A stretch of DNA of 64,000 nucleotides, from positions 35,128 through 99,127 of the forward strand of contig CAZOYD010000003.1 in NCBI GenBank assembly GCA_964583985.1, given 5' to 3'. How positions within the stretch are numbered: the first letter of the stretch is position 1; every line of letters starts with the position of its first letter. This document shows positions 9,584-20,232 of the stretch, in pieces. The notes under the pieces were generated by a model. That model saw nothing but the letters and a program-made list of their open reading frames with translations. It was not told the origin of the DNA and did no database searches. The position numbers and the translations under genes are program-made. Source of the DNA: an uncultured archaeon. Lineage in GTDB: Archaea; Asgardarchaeota; Lokiarchaeia; Sigyniarchaeales; SOKP01.

Positions 9584-10540
9584 ATGTCAGTAAAAATAAA
9601 AACTCCCAATCTAGACGCTATCTTCGAAAAGTGGAAACAAACTACTGTTCGCAAAGACCGAAAAAAGATGGAGAAGCAGTTCGGTACTAAAGGGGCCGTT
9701 TTCACTTTGGACGCAATAAGTGCTGCTGAATATGTTAAAGACACGATGAAAGAAGCAGCAATTTATTTTGCTGTTAAGAAGTCTCTAGGTCCTGTTGCTG
9801 AAGGAAAGGATGAAAAGACTGTAGTTGCTTCAAAAGTAGCTCGAGGTGAATATTACTCTCTCAAGGGATCTGGACAAGTCACCAAGGATAATTGGAAGGG
9901 CGATGAGTTAGTTCCGATGTATGAAACGATTCAATCAGTTACATGTAAGAAGTGCAATGGAAAGGGTTATATAGAAGACAAATGCAAAGCGTGTAATGGA
10001 ACGGGCAAAATTCAAGAAGATGTACTCGTATATGTCGGTGAGGAACAAAAAAAAGAGAAAAAAACATTTACATATCCTTGTGGTGCATGTTACGGAACTG
10101 GAAATCGAACTGAGCATTGTAAGGAATGTGATGGGCATAAAAATTTGTATAAATACCAAATTCTTCCGGTTCCGTTTAAAACAGTTATTACCGGTGTCCC
10201 AGTGCTACATAGTAGTGCTCAAACGAAATATGAAAAGGAGATGGGTGATGATTTACATAAGATGCTTGAAGAAGTCGAAGGAATTAAATTTTCAGATTTC
10301 AAGACTTTAGATTCTAAAGCTGAAGCATCCTTGGGTTACTGGAATAAAAACATAAAGAAAACAATCTCCTCTGCGGGAAGCGATTATAAAACTCATGAGA
10401 AGGACAAGGATTCCCAAATTACTACACAAATTTATCTGTTTCCGATGATTCAAATGTTCTGCGAAACCAAAAAAGGCAGTAAGTTCGAGATCTACTCGAT
10501 TGGGTCTGATACCAAATTTATGATATACTCTAACTTCTAA
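9584..10540 (+). CDS. DnaJ-type Cys-rich zinc-finger protein without J domain (SSUH2-like)
   Basis: Four CxxCxGxG-type repeats: CKKCNGKG, CKACNGTG, CGACYGTG, CKECDGHK. No HPD motif. Confidence 0.65.
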   Translation: MSVKIKTPNLDAIFEKWKQTTVRKDRKKMEKQFGTKGAVFTLDAISAAEYVKDTMKEAAIYFAVKKSLGPVAEGKDEKTVVASKVARGEYYSLKGSGQVTKDNWKGDELVPMYETIQSVTCKKCNGKGYIEDKCKACNGTGKIQEDVLVYVGEEQKKEKKTFTYPCGACYGTGNRTEHCKECDGHKNLYKYQILPVPFKTVITGVPVLHSSAQTKYEKEMGDDLHKMLEEVEGIKFSDFKTLDSKAEASLGYWNKNIKKTISSAGSDYKTHEKDKDSQITTQIYLFPMIQMFCETKKGSKFEIYSIGSDTKFMIYSNF

Positions 10541-10638
10541 TTTTTTTATTATTTTTAAATATTAATTTAATTTTTAATAGATATTTTTTAAGTAAATTGA
10601 AATTTATAGAATTAACTGCAAAATCTAGTTGATCTAAT

Positions 10639-11808
10639 GTGAATGATTTTAATTATTATCATCCCACTCGAATTCAATTTGGATGGGGTCGAATAAATGA
10701 GATTGGAAAAAATGTTGTTCGAAATGGGAAAAAATGCCTTTTAGTTACTGTAAAACCATTTCCGGCTATGGAAGGTTTATTCACTAAGGTGAAGCGATTA
10801 TGTGAAGAAGCAGGAGTTGATGTTATTCATTATGATGGAGCTATTCCAGAACCTAATGATGAATGCGTGAACATTGGATCAGAAATTGCCATAGAAGAGA
10901 AGGTAGATATGATTGTTGGGGTTGGAGGCGGGTCAACGATTGATACTGCAAAAGCGATTGCTGTCGGTGCTACTCATGATGGAAGTGTATGGGATTATAG
11001 GCTTGGTCAAAAAAGAATTGATGGCAAGAAAATACTGCCCATAATTGCAGTGCCTACAACGGGTGGTACAGGTTCAGAAGTGACTAATATGGCAGTAATA
11101 AAAAATAAAGAAGATAAAATTAAATCTGCTCTTGCAAGCTGGGATCTTACTCCAAGTATAGCTTTAATTGATCCTGAACTTACATTAACAGTACCCCCGA
11201 ATATAACTGCTTCGACAGGTTTTGATGCATTTACTCACTGTCTTGAAACATTTATCAATATAAATTCCTCAGATTTCATAGATCTCTTCGCTCTGGAAGG
11301 ATTAAAAAAAACAATTAAGTATCTCCCAATTGCAGTTAAAAATGGGTCCAATCGAGAAGCAAGAGAAGCACTCTCGTTTGCAGCAAATTTAGGTGGACTT
11401 TGCATCTCGAATATAGGAACCACGCTCCCTCATGGAATCGCAATGGCGCTTGGAGGGCATAGCTCAGGAATTTCTCATGGTCAATCTCTGGCAATTTTAT
11501 ACCCTGAAATAAATCGGTGGACTTGGAAACATGCTATTAAAAAATATGCCATTATTGGACGCTTATTTAATCAAGATTTGGAGAATGTAAATGAGAAAAC
11601 AGCGGCTGAAAAATGTTGTGAAGAGATTGACTCATTCTTGAAAATAATCGGCTTATGGAGTAACTTAGAAGATAAAAATGTCTCTATCCATGAATTCGGA
11701 AGTATAGTAGAAGATACTCTAAAATTACGTAATTATAGTCTTCATCCAAAAATCGCGACATCTGAGAATGTTATGGATTTACTCAATCGAAGTTATAAAA
11801 GAAATTGA
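10639..11808 (+). CDS. Iron-containing alcohol dehydrogenase
   Basis: GGGSTIDTAKA, PTTGGTGSE, DAFTH, and metal-binding His in PHG and HG. Confidence 0.92.
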   Translation: MNDFNYYHPTRIQFGWGRINEIGKNVVRNGKKCLLVTVKPFPAMEGLFTKVKRLCEEAGVDVIHYDGAIPEPNDECVNIGSEIAIEEKVDMIVGVGGGSTIDTAKAIAVGATHDGSVWDYRLGQKRIDGKKILPIIAVPTTGGTGSEVTNMAVIKNKEDKIKSALASWDLTPSIALIDPELTLTVPPNITASTGFDAFTHCLETFININSSDFIDLFALEGLKKTIKYLPIAVKNGSNREAREALSFAANLGGLCISNIGTTLPHGIAMALGGHSSGISHGQSLAILYPEINRWTWKHAIKKYAIIGRLFNQDLENVNEKTAAEKCCEEIDSFLKIIGLWSNLEDKNVSIHEFGSIVEDTLKLRNYSLHPKIATSENVMDLLNRSYKRN

Positions 11809-11879
11809 TATATTTCAAATCCTTAACGTTCCAATGAGCCTTATTTCAAATTCGATGGATATTAACTCAAATGAGTTCT

Positions 11880-14477
11880 TTATTCTAAAATGCCATATCT
11901 ATTAAAAATCTTGACCGTGAGTTTTACTAACCATCTTAATTTTGCAGGGGTTTTGCTAAAGATGGTATTAAATGACGCTAGATATTCATTTTCCTTGGAA
12001 TGTAATCCTTTTTCAAAATTTGGATAAGTGAGACCGCCTGTCAACTTTGGAGGTTTTCCAAAACTTTTAACTTTTTTCCACCCTTGAGAAGGATCTTTCG
12101 AACCTGACCACGTTTTATCTGTTTTAACTCGAAGGGTCTCTCCAGAAATGAATTTAATCTCTCCATATAAATTGACCAATCCCAAACCTCCGATATAATC
12201 GGTGTTTTTTAAGAGAACTTCATTCTCTCCTTTTTTTAAAAATGGTTTTATATCAAAGATTTGAATATTATTTTCAAGCACGACATAGTTGAGTGTATGG
12301 CGTGTAATTACTTTACCTATTAAGGAGTTGTTGATGTAGATTTCACAAAAAGTTCCACCTATGACTTGAATGATCGCATCTTGAATTTCTTCCTCCTCAA
12401 TTAATATGTTTTTTTTAAAATAACTAATTTTAAAAGAATTATTTCTGCGATCTCTTGTATATATTGATTCACTAGGTATGTTTGGGTCTTTCCACTCTAT
12501 ATTTTCTTTTAAATCTTGTATTTTATCTTCATAAAATTGGATTAGCCAAAGATACTGTTGTTTAATTGAAGAAAAACCATCTGATTTTGACATCTTCAAC
12601 CATAATTGTTCATATTCTTCTAATAAATTTCTCAATTCGTCCCGAATGGTTACAATCTCTTTTATAATAGTACTTTTATACTTTTGACTGGCATGTTTAA
12701 CGGAAAAATCAACAAGTTTTTTGGAATTAATTCTTTTTAAGCAATAAAATCGCATATGCTTTAGAACAAATGCAAGAGACTGAATAAGTAATTGGTTATC
12801 CTGAAAATTTCCAACATTTTCATCAAATATTTGGATCATGTTATCTAATTCTTTAATCAACTTGTCAAATTGATTGGTTTTTATGTTCCGTTTATATTTT
12901 TTAGTATTACTTGCATAGGGATGGCTAAAGAAATGATTGTAATAAAAGGTAGGTCTCACTCGTAATTTTTTTTTATCTTGAATTGTTCTAATTTTATTGA
13001 ATACGGTTAAAAGTTGGGCATGATTTGCACCAAAGAGATACAGAAACGCTCCTTTCCAAAAGTTTAATAAATTGATCGTTTTTTTTGGATTCCATCCTAC
13101 TTCTGCTGAATATACAAACCCAAAAAGGCGGTTTTCTCTTAATTCTTTATTCTTGTAGTCTCCCCAACTCGAGGTAACTTCTCCTTCTATTCCCCTCATA
13201 TAACCATATGAAACTAAATTGCTAATATTTTTTTCGAAATTAGTGATTGCTGGAAAAATCCTATTATAATCCCAAATTGAGGGGCATACCAAAACTGGAA
13301 ATTTGAATTCACGTAATGAATCAATGATTGGATGTTCCTCTTTAAGGTTATATTTCCAATACATAATTATCATGTCTTCAGGTAAATTCTTCAAGATTTC
13401 TTTATATTTATATAAAATATCATGGTAAATGATGATTTTCTCATATCCATGCTTCTTAGCAATATCATAAACTTTGTTATAATGTTGAAAGTAAGCTTCT
13501 CCTTTACCAATTTTTGAAATATAATCGTGAGACGCTCCTTTTCCGACATCCCAACTTTCATCCGCTGCCATGTGGAAATATTTTGAGATAAAAACAGTGC
13601 TTAATTCTCCTATCATCTCGTCTAATAAGTCATAAATTCCATTGTTGGCAATATTCAAGCTATTGGAAGCAGGAAATTCTCCATATTTCCAATACTTTTC
13701 TTGATATAATATATTTTCCCAATGTCCTATTGTTTGAAATATGGGTATGATATCAACAAATCGTTTGCTTGCAAATTCTACTAAGTCTTTAATTTCCTCT
13801 TTAGTATATGCTCCTCTACCTTTCCCAATCTCTTCATAATTTTTAAAATGGAACATATCTTGCATGTAAACGAGATAATATTGATTGATTTTGAAGCTAC
13901 TTAAAATTTGAACAAATTTTTTTAAATTTTCTATGGTTGCTGCTTGTCCACGAGAAATGTCATCAGAGATTCCACGTATTTGTAATAAAGGGTAATCAAT
14001 GATGATGAATTGATCAATTATTGGGTTATTATGATGAGCTATTAGAATTTGTGTAAGAGTTTGTATGGCGTAAAATAATCCTTGCAAGGATTTCGCTATA
14101 ATCAAGATAATAGAACCCTTGGAAATGATGATATAACCTTGTTCTTTCATATTTTTAATATTCATTAAACTTTCCAGATTTAGATTTGGGAACTCTCGTG
14201 AACAGGTTACAAGAGGATCCTCTAAATAATTAATATCTTTCAAATTACTGAGGAAATTTTCATCTAATTTCTTTTTTAAACCACAAGAAAATAGTTGGTC
14301 TTGGAACTGTTCTAATAAAAATGAGTGATTTTGAGGAATATCTGAGTATATTATTGTTTCTTCCACAATTTTATACATAATATTGTCAAATCGTTTAAAA
14401 TGTCTAGGTCGTGGAATTAAAAATGGTTCTTCCCCATCATTTTTAATTTTGATGAGATTTTCGAGGTAGATAAACAT
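11880..14477 (-). CDS. Glycoside hydrolase family 20 (beta-N-acetylhexosaminidase-like)
   Basis: [19 protein letters not shown] catalytic motif, SSWGD; GH20b-like N-terminal domain. Confidence 0.85.
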   Translation of the reverse strand: MFIYLENLIKIKNDGEEPFLIPRPRHFKRFDNIMYKIVEETIIYSDIPQNHSFLLEQFQDQLFSCGLKKKLDENFLSNLKDINYLEDPLVTCSREFPNLNLESLMNIKNMKEQGYIIISKGSIILIIAKSLQGLFYAIQTLTQILIAHHNNPIIDQFIIIDYPLLQIRGISDDISRGQAATIENLKKFVQILSSFKINQYYLVYMQDMFHFKNYEEIGKGRGAYTKEEIKDLVEFASKRFVDIIPIFQTIGHWENILYQEKYWKYGEFPASNSLNIANNGIYDLLDEMIGELSTVFISKYFHMAADESWDVGKGASHDYISKIGKGEAYFQHYNKVYDIAKKHGYEKIIIYHDILYKYKEILKNLPEDMIIMYWKYNLKEEHPIIDSLREFKFPVLVCPSIWDYNRIFPAITNFEKNISNLVSYGYMRGIEGEVTSSWGDYKNKELRENRLFGFVYSAEVGWNPKKTINLLNFWKGAFLYLFGANHAQLLTVFNKIRTIQDKKKLRVRPTFYYNHFFSHPYASNTKKYKRNIKTNQFDKLIKELDNMIQIFDENVGNFQDNQLLIQSLAFVLKHMRFYCLKRINSKKLVDFSVKHASQKYKSTIIKEIVTIRDELRNLLEEYEQLWLKMSKSDGFSSIKQQYLWLIQFYEDKIQDLKENIEWKDPNIPSESIYTRDRRNNSFKISYFKKNILIEEEEIQDAIIQVIGGTFCEIYINNSLIGKVITRHTLNYVVLENNIQIFDIKPFLKKGENEVLLKNTDYIGGLGLVNLYGEIKFISGETLRVKTDKTWSGSKDPSQGWKKVKSFGKPPKLTGGLTYPNFEKGLHSKENEYLASFNTIFSKTPAKLRWLVKLTVKIFNRYGILE

Positions 14478-14522
14478 AATTTGATATATTGAAGGAGCTA
14501 AAATAAGGATTTGGAGTTATAT

Positions 14523-16061
14523 CTAATCAATTGCTTCCTCAATTAATATCACAAAATTACTTCCTTTATTATGGATGCCTTTAACCTTATCCTCTACCCA
14601 AATTTGACCATTATATGATTCAATTAATTTTTTTACTAAAGATAATCCTAACCCCAATCGATCAAAACTCTTCGATTCAATAGTACCTATTTGAAAAATA
14701 GTTGTTTTTTGAGTATCTGATATACCTATTCCGTTATCAACAAACTGAATTTGAATATTCGGCTTGTCATCTATTCTTTTCTTATCAATTATAATATCAA
14801 GTTCTACGAATTTATTTCTATTATGCTTGAAAGCATTATATACGACATTTTGGAACACGTCCAGTAATAATTCATTAGCTCTCACGAAAATATTCTCAGA
14901 AGGTGAAATTAATTGGAAATTTAATTTCTTCTTTGGAAAAATTTTCCGGACTTCTTCAACGGCTTTTTTTATATACTCGCATGCGTTTATGGAAAGTAAA
15001 ATCTTTTCCTTATAATCAATGGAGGAGATTTTTCTTATATTAGAAATTAAATTTGCTCCACGATTTACCTGGTTCTCAATGATGTCATATAGCTTTTCCA
15101 ATTCGGATAGATCTTTTTCTTCCGTACGACATAATTCTACTGAAGATAATATCCCCTGCAAAATATTACTAACATCATGAGCAAACACATCTTTATAAAA
15201 TTCAGCTCTATCATATGCCTCTCTATAATTTTTCTCTGAGTTCTTCAAATCCGTCTCTGCTTCTATCCGTTTAGTTATATCTTCGTAAGTGCATAAAATT
15301 CCGACGACTTCGCCCGCAGAATCGTGTAGTGGAATTTTGTTAGTATCCAACCATGCCTGTTTCCCATCTGCTTGTAACTGTGGTTCTATGATATGATATT
15401 CTGGTTTGTCCGTATCCATCACTAATTGATCAATTTCATAGAATGATTCTGATTCACTTATTTTCCAAGGAAGTTCATAATCAGACTTCCCGATTATGTC
15501 CTCCGGATTATCTAGTCCAGCAACTCTTGCAAAATTTTGATTACATCCTAAATATATTGAATTAATATCCTTCCAAGAGATTAATTGAGGAATATTGTCC
15601 ATTATGAGCTGAAACATGTTTTTGCTTTTTATGAGTTCAATTTCAATCGTTTTCTGATTAGTAATGTCTCTCATAATCCCAAATAAAAAATCATTACTTC
15701 CCTTTTCATCTTGAATTATACTCAAACTTAATTCTCCTACAAAAGTTTCGCCATCATTTTTCAAGAACTTGAATTCTTCCATTTTAAAGAATTTATTTTC
15801 TCCTATTTTGGAAAGCTGCTTTAAAAAAGAATTCTTATCTTCTTCAAGGATAAAATCGACTAAAAGCTTTCCAATAAAACTTTTAGCTTCGTCTTCACTA
15901 AATAATTGAATGAAATTATCAGAAACTTTTATTATTCTTCCATCTAAATCCAAAATTAATATAAAGTCTGGATAAGTCCTCAATAAAGTGTCATAGAGGA
16001 TTTCTTTGAACCCATTGTTAAAGACATCGTTCATATTAATCTCAGAATTATTATATCTCAA
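14523..16061 (-). CDS. PAS-domain sensor histidine kinase
   Basis: Two PAS/PAC domains, H-box FAHDVSN, N-box NVVYNAFKH, DNGIG and GLGL. Confidence 0.9.
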   Translation of the reverse strand: MRYNNSEINMNDVFNNGFKEILYDTLLRTYPDFILILDLDGRIIKVSDNFIQLFSEDEAKSFIGKLLVDFILEEDKNSFLKQLSKIGENKFFKMEEFKFLKNDGETFVGELSLSIIQDEKGSNDFLFGIMRDITNQKTIEIELIKSKNMFQLIMDNIPQLISWKDINSIYLGCNQNFARVAGLDNPEDIIGKSDYELPWKISESESFYEIDQLVMDTDKPEYHIIEPQLQADGKQAWLDTNKIPLHDSAGEVVGILCTYEDITKRIEAETDLKNSEKNYREAYDRAEFYKDVFAHDVSNILQGILSSVELCRTEEKDLSELEKLYDIIENQVNRGANLISNIRKISSIDYKEKILLSINACEYIKKAVEEVRKIFPKKKLNFQLISPSENIFVRANELLLDVFQNVVYNAFKHNRNKFVELDIIIDKKRIDDKPNIQIQFVDNGIGISDTQKTTIFQIGTIESKSFDRLGLGLSLVKKLIESYNGQIWVEDKVKGIHNKGSNFVILIEEAID

Positions 16062-16142
16062 ATTTTAAAACTTGTCAATTTTGATAATTATGTCGATTGA
16101 ATTTATAAAGTCTTTGGCTTGATATTATTTATATTGACTCAT

Positions 16143-16922
16143 TTATTTTTTTTTCTTATTAAGTTGTGTCTTAATAAGATTAATTAATTCTTGCTCAGTG
16201 AATTCCTTTTCAATTACAATTTTGTATCCTTTATTGAAGCGATTTTTTAGCCAACTAGGCATTAACCAAGCTAATCCAAAACCAATAGCAAAAATCACTG
16301 CAAGAATAGCCGTTACTCCAAATACCGCTAAACTAAGAGGATTGCTAGGATCTCCCCACGTAATACCTTTTGGTTGGAAGAATTCAGGAATGTTATTAAA
16401 ACCAATGATAAACGAAAAAATAGCAATCAAAATATAACGAATTTCAATCCAAGGTTGAACATCTTCATTTTTTAGCTTTTTATATGAAGAATAGGAAGCC
16501 CAAGCCATCCAATCGAAAACAATCATTGTATAGGGAACATCTAAAGAAACATGTATATAATAAAGATCAGGAACGCCTCCAAGACTTAGAAATATTAAAA
16601 CTAATTGAATAATTCCTAAACAAATTACACTAGACAACATAATTATTCCAATTTTCTTCTGATTTCTATAGAATGTCAAGTATGTAAATGATGTGGTTGA
16701 AATAAAAGAAATAAATACAAAAACCTCTAGATAGCCTTCATGGAAATTAAATAGAAAATCGCCAATAAATCCAAGACACAATGAAATAAAACCTACACCA
16801 GCTACTAATAGGTTAATCAATTTATGTTGTATTCCCTTTATCAGAAAAAAAATTCCCACAATAATTAAAACTCCAATAAATATCATTAAAAAGCTTAAAA
16901 ACACTAAATATAATGAGTTCAT
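16143..16922 (-). CDS. Seven-transmembrane hypothetical membrane protein
   Basis: About seven hydrophobic segments and a charged C-terminal tail. Confidence 0.6.
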   Translation of the reverse strand: MNSLYLVFLSFLMIFIGVLIIVGIFFLIKGIQHKLINLLVAGVGFISLCLGFIGDFLFNFHEGYLEVFVFISFISTTSFTYLTFYRNQKKIGIIMLSSVICLGIIQLVLIFLSLGGVPDLYYIHVSLDVPYTMIVFDWMAWASYSSYKKLKNEDVQPWIEIRYILIAIFSFIIGFNNIPEFFQPKGITWGDPSNPLSLAVFGVTAILAVIFAIGFGLAWLMPSWLKNRFNKGYKIVIEKEFTEQELINLIKTQLNKKKK

Positions 16923-16926
16923 TTTC

Positions 16927-17202
16927 TCATATCTCTGCTATTGTTATTAAAGATTGATTTGAATTTAATTCATCCAATAATTTTTTTACTACTTCTTCAG
17001 TATTTGGCACTTTTAAATCCAGGAGTCGCTTTTTAAGAGAATTTTGAATGACTTCTACTAATCTTTCATAATTTAATTGATTAAATGGATAAAAAGGACC
17101 CAATTGATCCTTTATTGCTAGCTTGATTAATCCTCGACCCGCTGGAAGACCTAATTCAATATACTCAGACAATTTACTGCCAAGATATTTAATGATTTCC
17201 AT
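16927..17202 (-). CDS. Small helical hypothetical protein, co-transcribed with the 7TM gene
   Basis: 91-aa ORF ending 4 bp before the 7TM start. Confidence 0.6.
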   Translation of the reverse strand: MEIIKYLGSKLSEYIELGLPAGRGLIKLAIKDQLGPFYPFNQLNYERLVEVIQNSLKKRLLDLKVPNTEEVVKKLLDELNSNQSLITIAEI

Positions 17203-17401
17203 GATTAAACGTTAATTTTGATGTATTTGATCGAAGCACTATTTTCTTAAAAATCAAATCCTTATTTAAAAATTCCTTATTTAAAAATTAATCTTTGAAT
17301 TTTCTAATAAATATGATCAGAAGAAAAGGATTACTCGATATTTACTGAATAAGTTTTTAAAATTTATTTTTTTATTCTAATTAGTAAGGCGTAAATACAT
17401 C

Positions 17402-18010
17402 ATGAATGAAACTAAATTGATCAGAAAAAATTTCAAAGGATACTTTTTCCCTACCGATGCTATTGCACTCTCGATTACTAGTATATTTGCAGCAATAGCT
17501 TGTGTTTTAACGATGACAGTATCAATTCCCGTTCCTGCAACAGGAGGATACATAAATATTGGAGAATTAGCTGTGATGCTTTCAGGTTTAATTTTTGGGC
17601 CCATTATTGGATTTTTATCTGGAGGTGTTGGTTCAGCATTGGCGGATATTTTTCTAGGATATCCTAACTGGGCATTCTGGACTTTTTTAGTTAAAGGATT
17701 AGAAGGTTTTTTGGTAGGATTAATAGCAAACCCACGCATCTTTCATGGAAAGCGTACATACAAAGATATAATAGGTGTGATTGCTGGGGGTTCATTAATG
17801 GTATTTGGTTATTTTATTGTTGAGTTATTTGTGTTTAATTTTGGAATTGTGGCATCTTTAAGTGAAGTTCCTGGTAACTTTTTTCAATTCATCTTTGGAG
17901 CAATTGGTTCCATCTTATTAATCGTAATCTTAAGAATTAGCATTTTGAATTCAAATCCTCAAACATTCGAGAGGATATTTGTTATTGAGGATAAAAGAGA
18001 TCAACCATAA
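17402..18010 (+). CDS. ECF transporter S component
   Basis: IPVPATGGYINIGE, GSALADI..GY and VKGLEG motifs. Confidence 0.88.
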   Translation: MNETKLIRKNFKGYFFPTDAIALSITSIFAAIACVLTMTVSIPVPATGGYINIGELAVMLSGLIFGPIIGFLSGGVGSALADIFLGYPNWAFWTFLVKGLEGFLVGLIANPRIFHGKRTYKDIIGVIAGGSLMVFGYFIVELFVFNFGIVASLSEVPGNFFQFIFGAIGSILLIVILRISILNSNPQTFERIFVIEDKRDQP

Positions 18011-18054
18011 CTACATTAAGACTCATAAAATTGAGATTTTATTAAATTAAATGC

Positions 18055-19002
18055 TTAATCTTTATGATCGTGATTTTTAATTTCATCTTCAATAGCACAT
18101 AACGCACATTCCCCTTCAATCTCGGCTTTTTTACACGTTTCACAAATCTCAAAATGTTGTGAGCCAACAGCTTTACCAGCGCGACGTTTTGGTGAAAAAA
18201 CCATAGAAATTACAAAAACAATGCTTACAGTTATAGTAATCGTAGCACCTGAAGGTAAATCTAATTCATATGAGAAAAACAACCCTAAGAATGAGGATAG
18301 TGCTCCAAATAATACTGAGAGTAATATAATTCTATTTAATTTATAACTCCATTGATAAGCAGCAGCAGCAGGAGTAACAATCATGGCAAAAACTAAAATC
18401 GCCCCTATTGCTTTTAAAGAAACAACAATAGCTAGTGAAATTAATATTAAAAACAAATAGGATAAAAATCTTACAGGTAACCCAGTAGCGCTTGCCATTT
18501 CTTCGTCAAAAGTCATAAAAAATAATTCTTTTTTCATAAAATATATAATTCCAAGAATGAAAATACTGAATAAAATTAATAAGATGAGATCTTCGGTCGT
18601 AACTACAAGAACATTTCCAAATAAAATTGCATTTACACCGGCATTATAGGTTTTTATTAAACTAATAAACAAGACGGCTAACGCCATGGTAAATGAAAAT
18701 ATAATTCCTACTGCAACGTTATTATCTTCTACATAACCTTTTTCATTAATAAATCCAATTGTAAATGCAGAGCCTGTCCCAAACAAGAAGATAGTTAAGA
18801 AAGGGTTAACTCCAAGAAGTATCCCTAGAGCACCACCTGCAAAAGAAGCATGTGCAATTCCCGCTCCCATAAATACAAGTTGTCTTAGAATTATATACAC
18901 TCCAACTAATCCACAGATAACCCCTACCAATATTGATGTGATTAATGCCCTTTGTAAAAAGGTGAATTCCATTAAAGCTTCAAAAAAATTTTGATAAATC
19001 AT
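18055..19002 (-). CDS. Zn/Mn ABC transporter permease (ZnuB/MntB family)
   Basis: GIAHASFAG, LFGN, FDEEMA..G and GAILV...TPAAAA motifs. Confidence 0.9.
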   Translation of the reverse strand: MIYQNFFEALMEFTFLQRALITSILVGVICGLVGVYIILRQLVFMGAGIAHASFAGGALGILLGVNPFLTIFLFGTGSAFTIGFINEKGYVEDNNVAVGIIFSFTMALAVLFISLIKTYNAGVNAILFGNVLVVTTEDLILLILFSIFILGIIYFMKKELFFMTFDEEMASATGLPVRFLSYLFLILISLAIVVSLKAIGAILVFAMIVTPAAAAYQWSYKLNRIILLSVLFGALSSFLGLFFSYELDLPSGATITITVSIVFVISMVFSPKRRAGKAVGSQHFEICETCKKAEIEGECALCAIEDEIKNHDHKD

Positions 19003-19122
19003 TATTTACCTATTTTAATATATTCACTTTGATTTTATTAGTTTTTATTATTATTAATTTTATTTCAATCCAATTTCATTTAATTTCATATCATAAGAAT
19101 ATTTAAATAAATTCAAACTTAT

Positions 19123-19154
19123 TTACGATCTATCGTAATTACGATCAATCGTAA
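19123..19154. promoter_or_regulatory. Two tandem 7-2-7 palindromes TTACGAT-N2-ATCGTAA; candidate operator for the DtxR-family regulator
   Basis: TTACGATctATCGTAA (19123-19138) abuts TTACGATcaATCGTAA (19139-19154). It lies just downstream of TATA-like TTTAAATA (19102-19109) and 19 bp before the solute-binding gene. Confidence 0.7.
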
Positions 19155-19173
19155 AAATAATCTTATAAAATAG

Positions 19174-20232
19174 ATGATCAAGATACAAACCCATTCAAAA
19201 AATCGATTATTAGCTCTTTTATGGATCGTTTCTCTAGTCATGGGAATGAGTTTTGTTAAAATAATTCCAAAGGAACTCATTTCAGGAGAAAAACCATTAA
19301 ATTCTACGATTAATCCATCCACTACTACTTTAAAAATAGTTACATCTATTACAATAATAGAAGATATTGTGGAAAACGTGGTTGGACAAGATGTTGAAGT
19401 AGTAGTAAGTGGGACAGAAGATCCCCATTCATATGAACCAACTAGTAGCGAGATATTAGCATTGGAAAATGCGGACATTATCTTCCGAATGGGAATAGAG
19501 GATTTAGAACCATGGTGGAGATCAGAATGGGACGATTCCATTGTAATAAAATTAGTAGATCCATCAATGATCAAAATAGATCCATTATTAGGATTTGGAA
19601 ATCCTCATGTATGGATGGATCCTAATAATGTTAAGAATTTTACAATGAGAATTAATGGGACTCTTTGGGATAATGAACCTCTTCAATCTAACAAGTGGTT
19701 ATTTTCTAATAATACAGTAACTTATCTAAATACTTTAGACTCATTAATACTTGAAATAGAAAGCGTTAAGAGTAGTTTTCAAGGGTTAAAATTAATACTG
19801 AATCATCCTGCCTTTTTCTATTTATTTCAAGAGTCTTTGCTTAATATTTCAAGGTTAGCTACAATTGAAAAAGGAGAGGAACAAGAACCTTCTGCTGTAG
19901 AAATAGCAAATATAATTGCTTTAATGAAACAAGAAAATTGCCATCTAATTGTTACCGATCCACAACACAAGACTGAAAATGTATACGAAATTGCGAGAGA
20001 AACTAACTCTAAAATTGCTTTATTAACTGCCCTATTAAATGTAGATGTTGAGTGGGATGGTAATGCTGTCAACATTAATAATTATACTCAGATGATCGAA
20101 TATGATATATGGGCATTAGCACACCCGCTAGACCCTCCTCCATTAATAGACTTATGGTTAACAATTTTAATAATAGGAATGGCTATAGCAATCATTTTTA
20201 TTATAGGGATAATTTTAAGAAGGAGAAAATAA
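19174..20232 (+). CDS. Zn/Mn ABC transporter substrate-binding protein (ZnuA/TroA family) with C-terminal TM anchor
   Basis: DPHSYEP, NPHVWMDP, HPAFFYL and EPS motifs. Confidence 0.9.
   Translation: MIKIQTHSKNRLLALLWIVSLVMGMSFVKIIPKELISGEKPLNSTINPSTTTLKIVTSITIIEDIVENVVGQDVEVVVSGTEDPHSYEPTSSEILALENADIIFRMGIEDLEPWWRSEWDDSIVIKLVDPSMIKIDPLLGFGNPHVWMDPNNVKNFTMRINGTLWDNEPLQSNKWLFSNNTVTYLNTLDSLILEIESVKSSFQGLKLILNHPAFFYLFQESLLNISRLATIEKGEEQEPSAVEIANIIALMKQENCHLIVTDPQHKTENVYEIARETNSKIALLTALLNVDVEWDGNAVNINNYTQMIEYDIWALAHPLDPPPLIDLWLTILIIGMAIAIIFIIGIILRRRK

Noticed and set aside
16143-16922. 7TM protein as a rhodopsin
   Set aside because: No retinal-binding Lys in the seventh helix.
20109-20231. N-terminal extension of the ABC ATPase in the ORF track
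   Set aside because: It overlaps the SBP gene; the TAATG coupling at 20230-20234 gives a better start.
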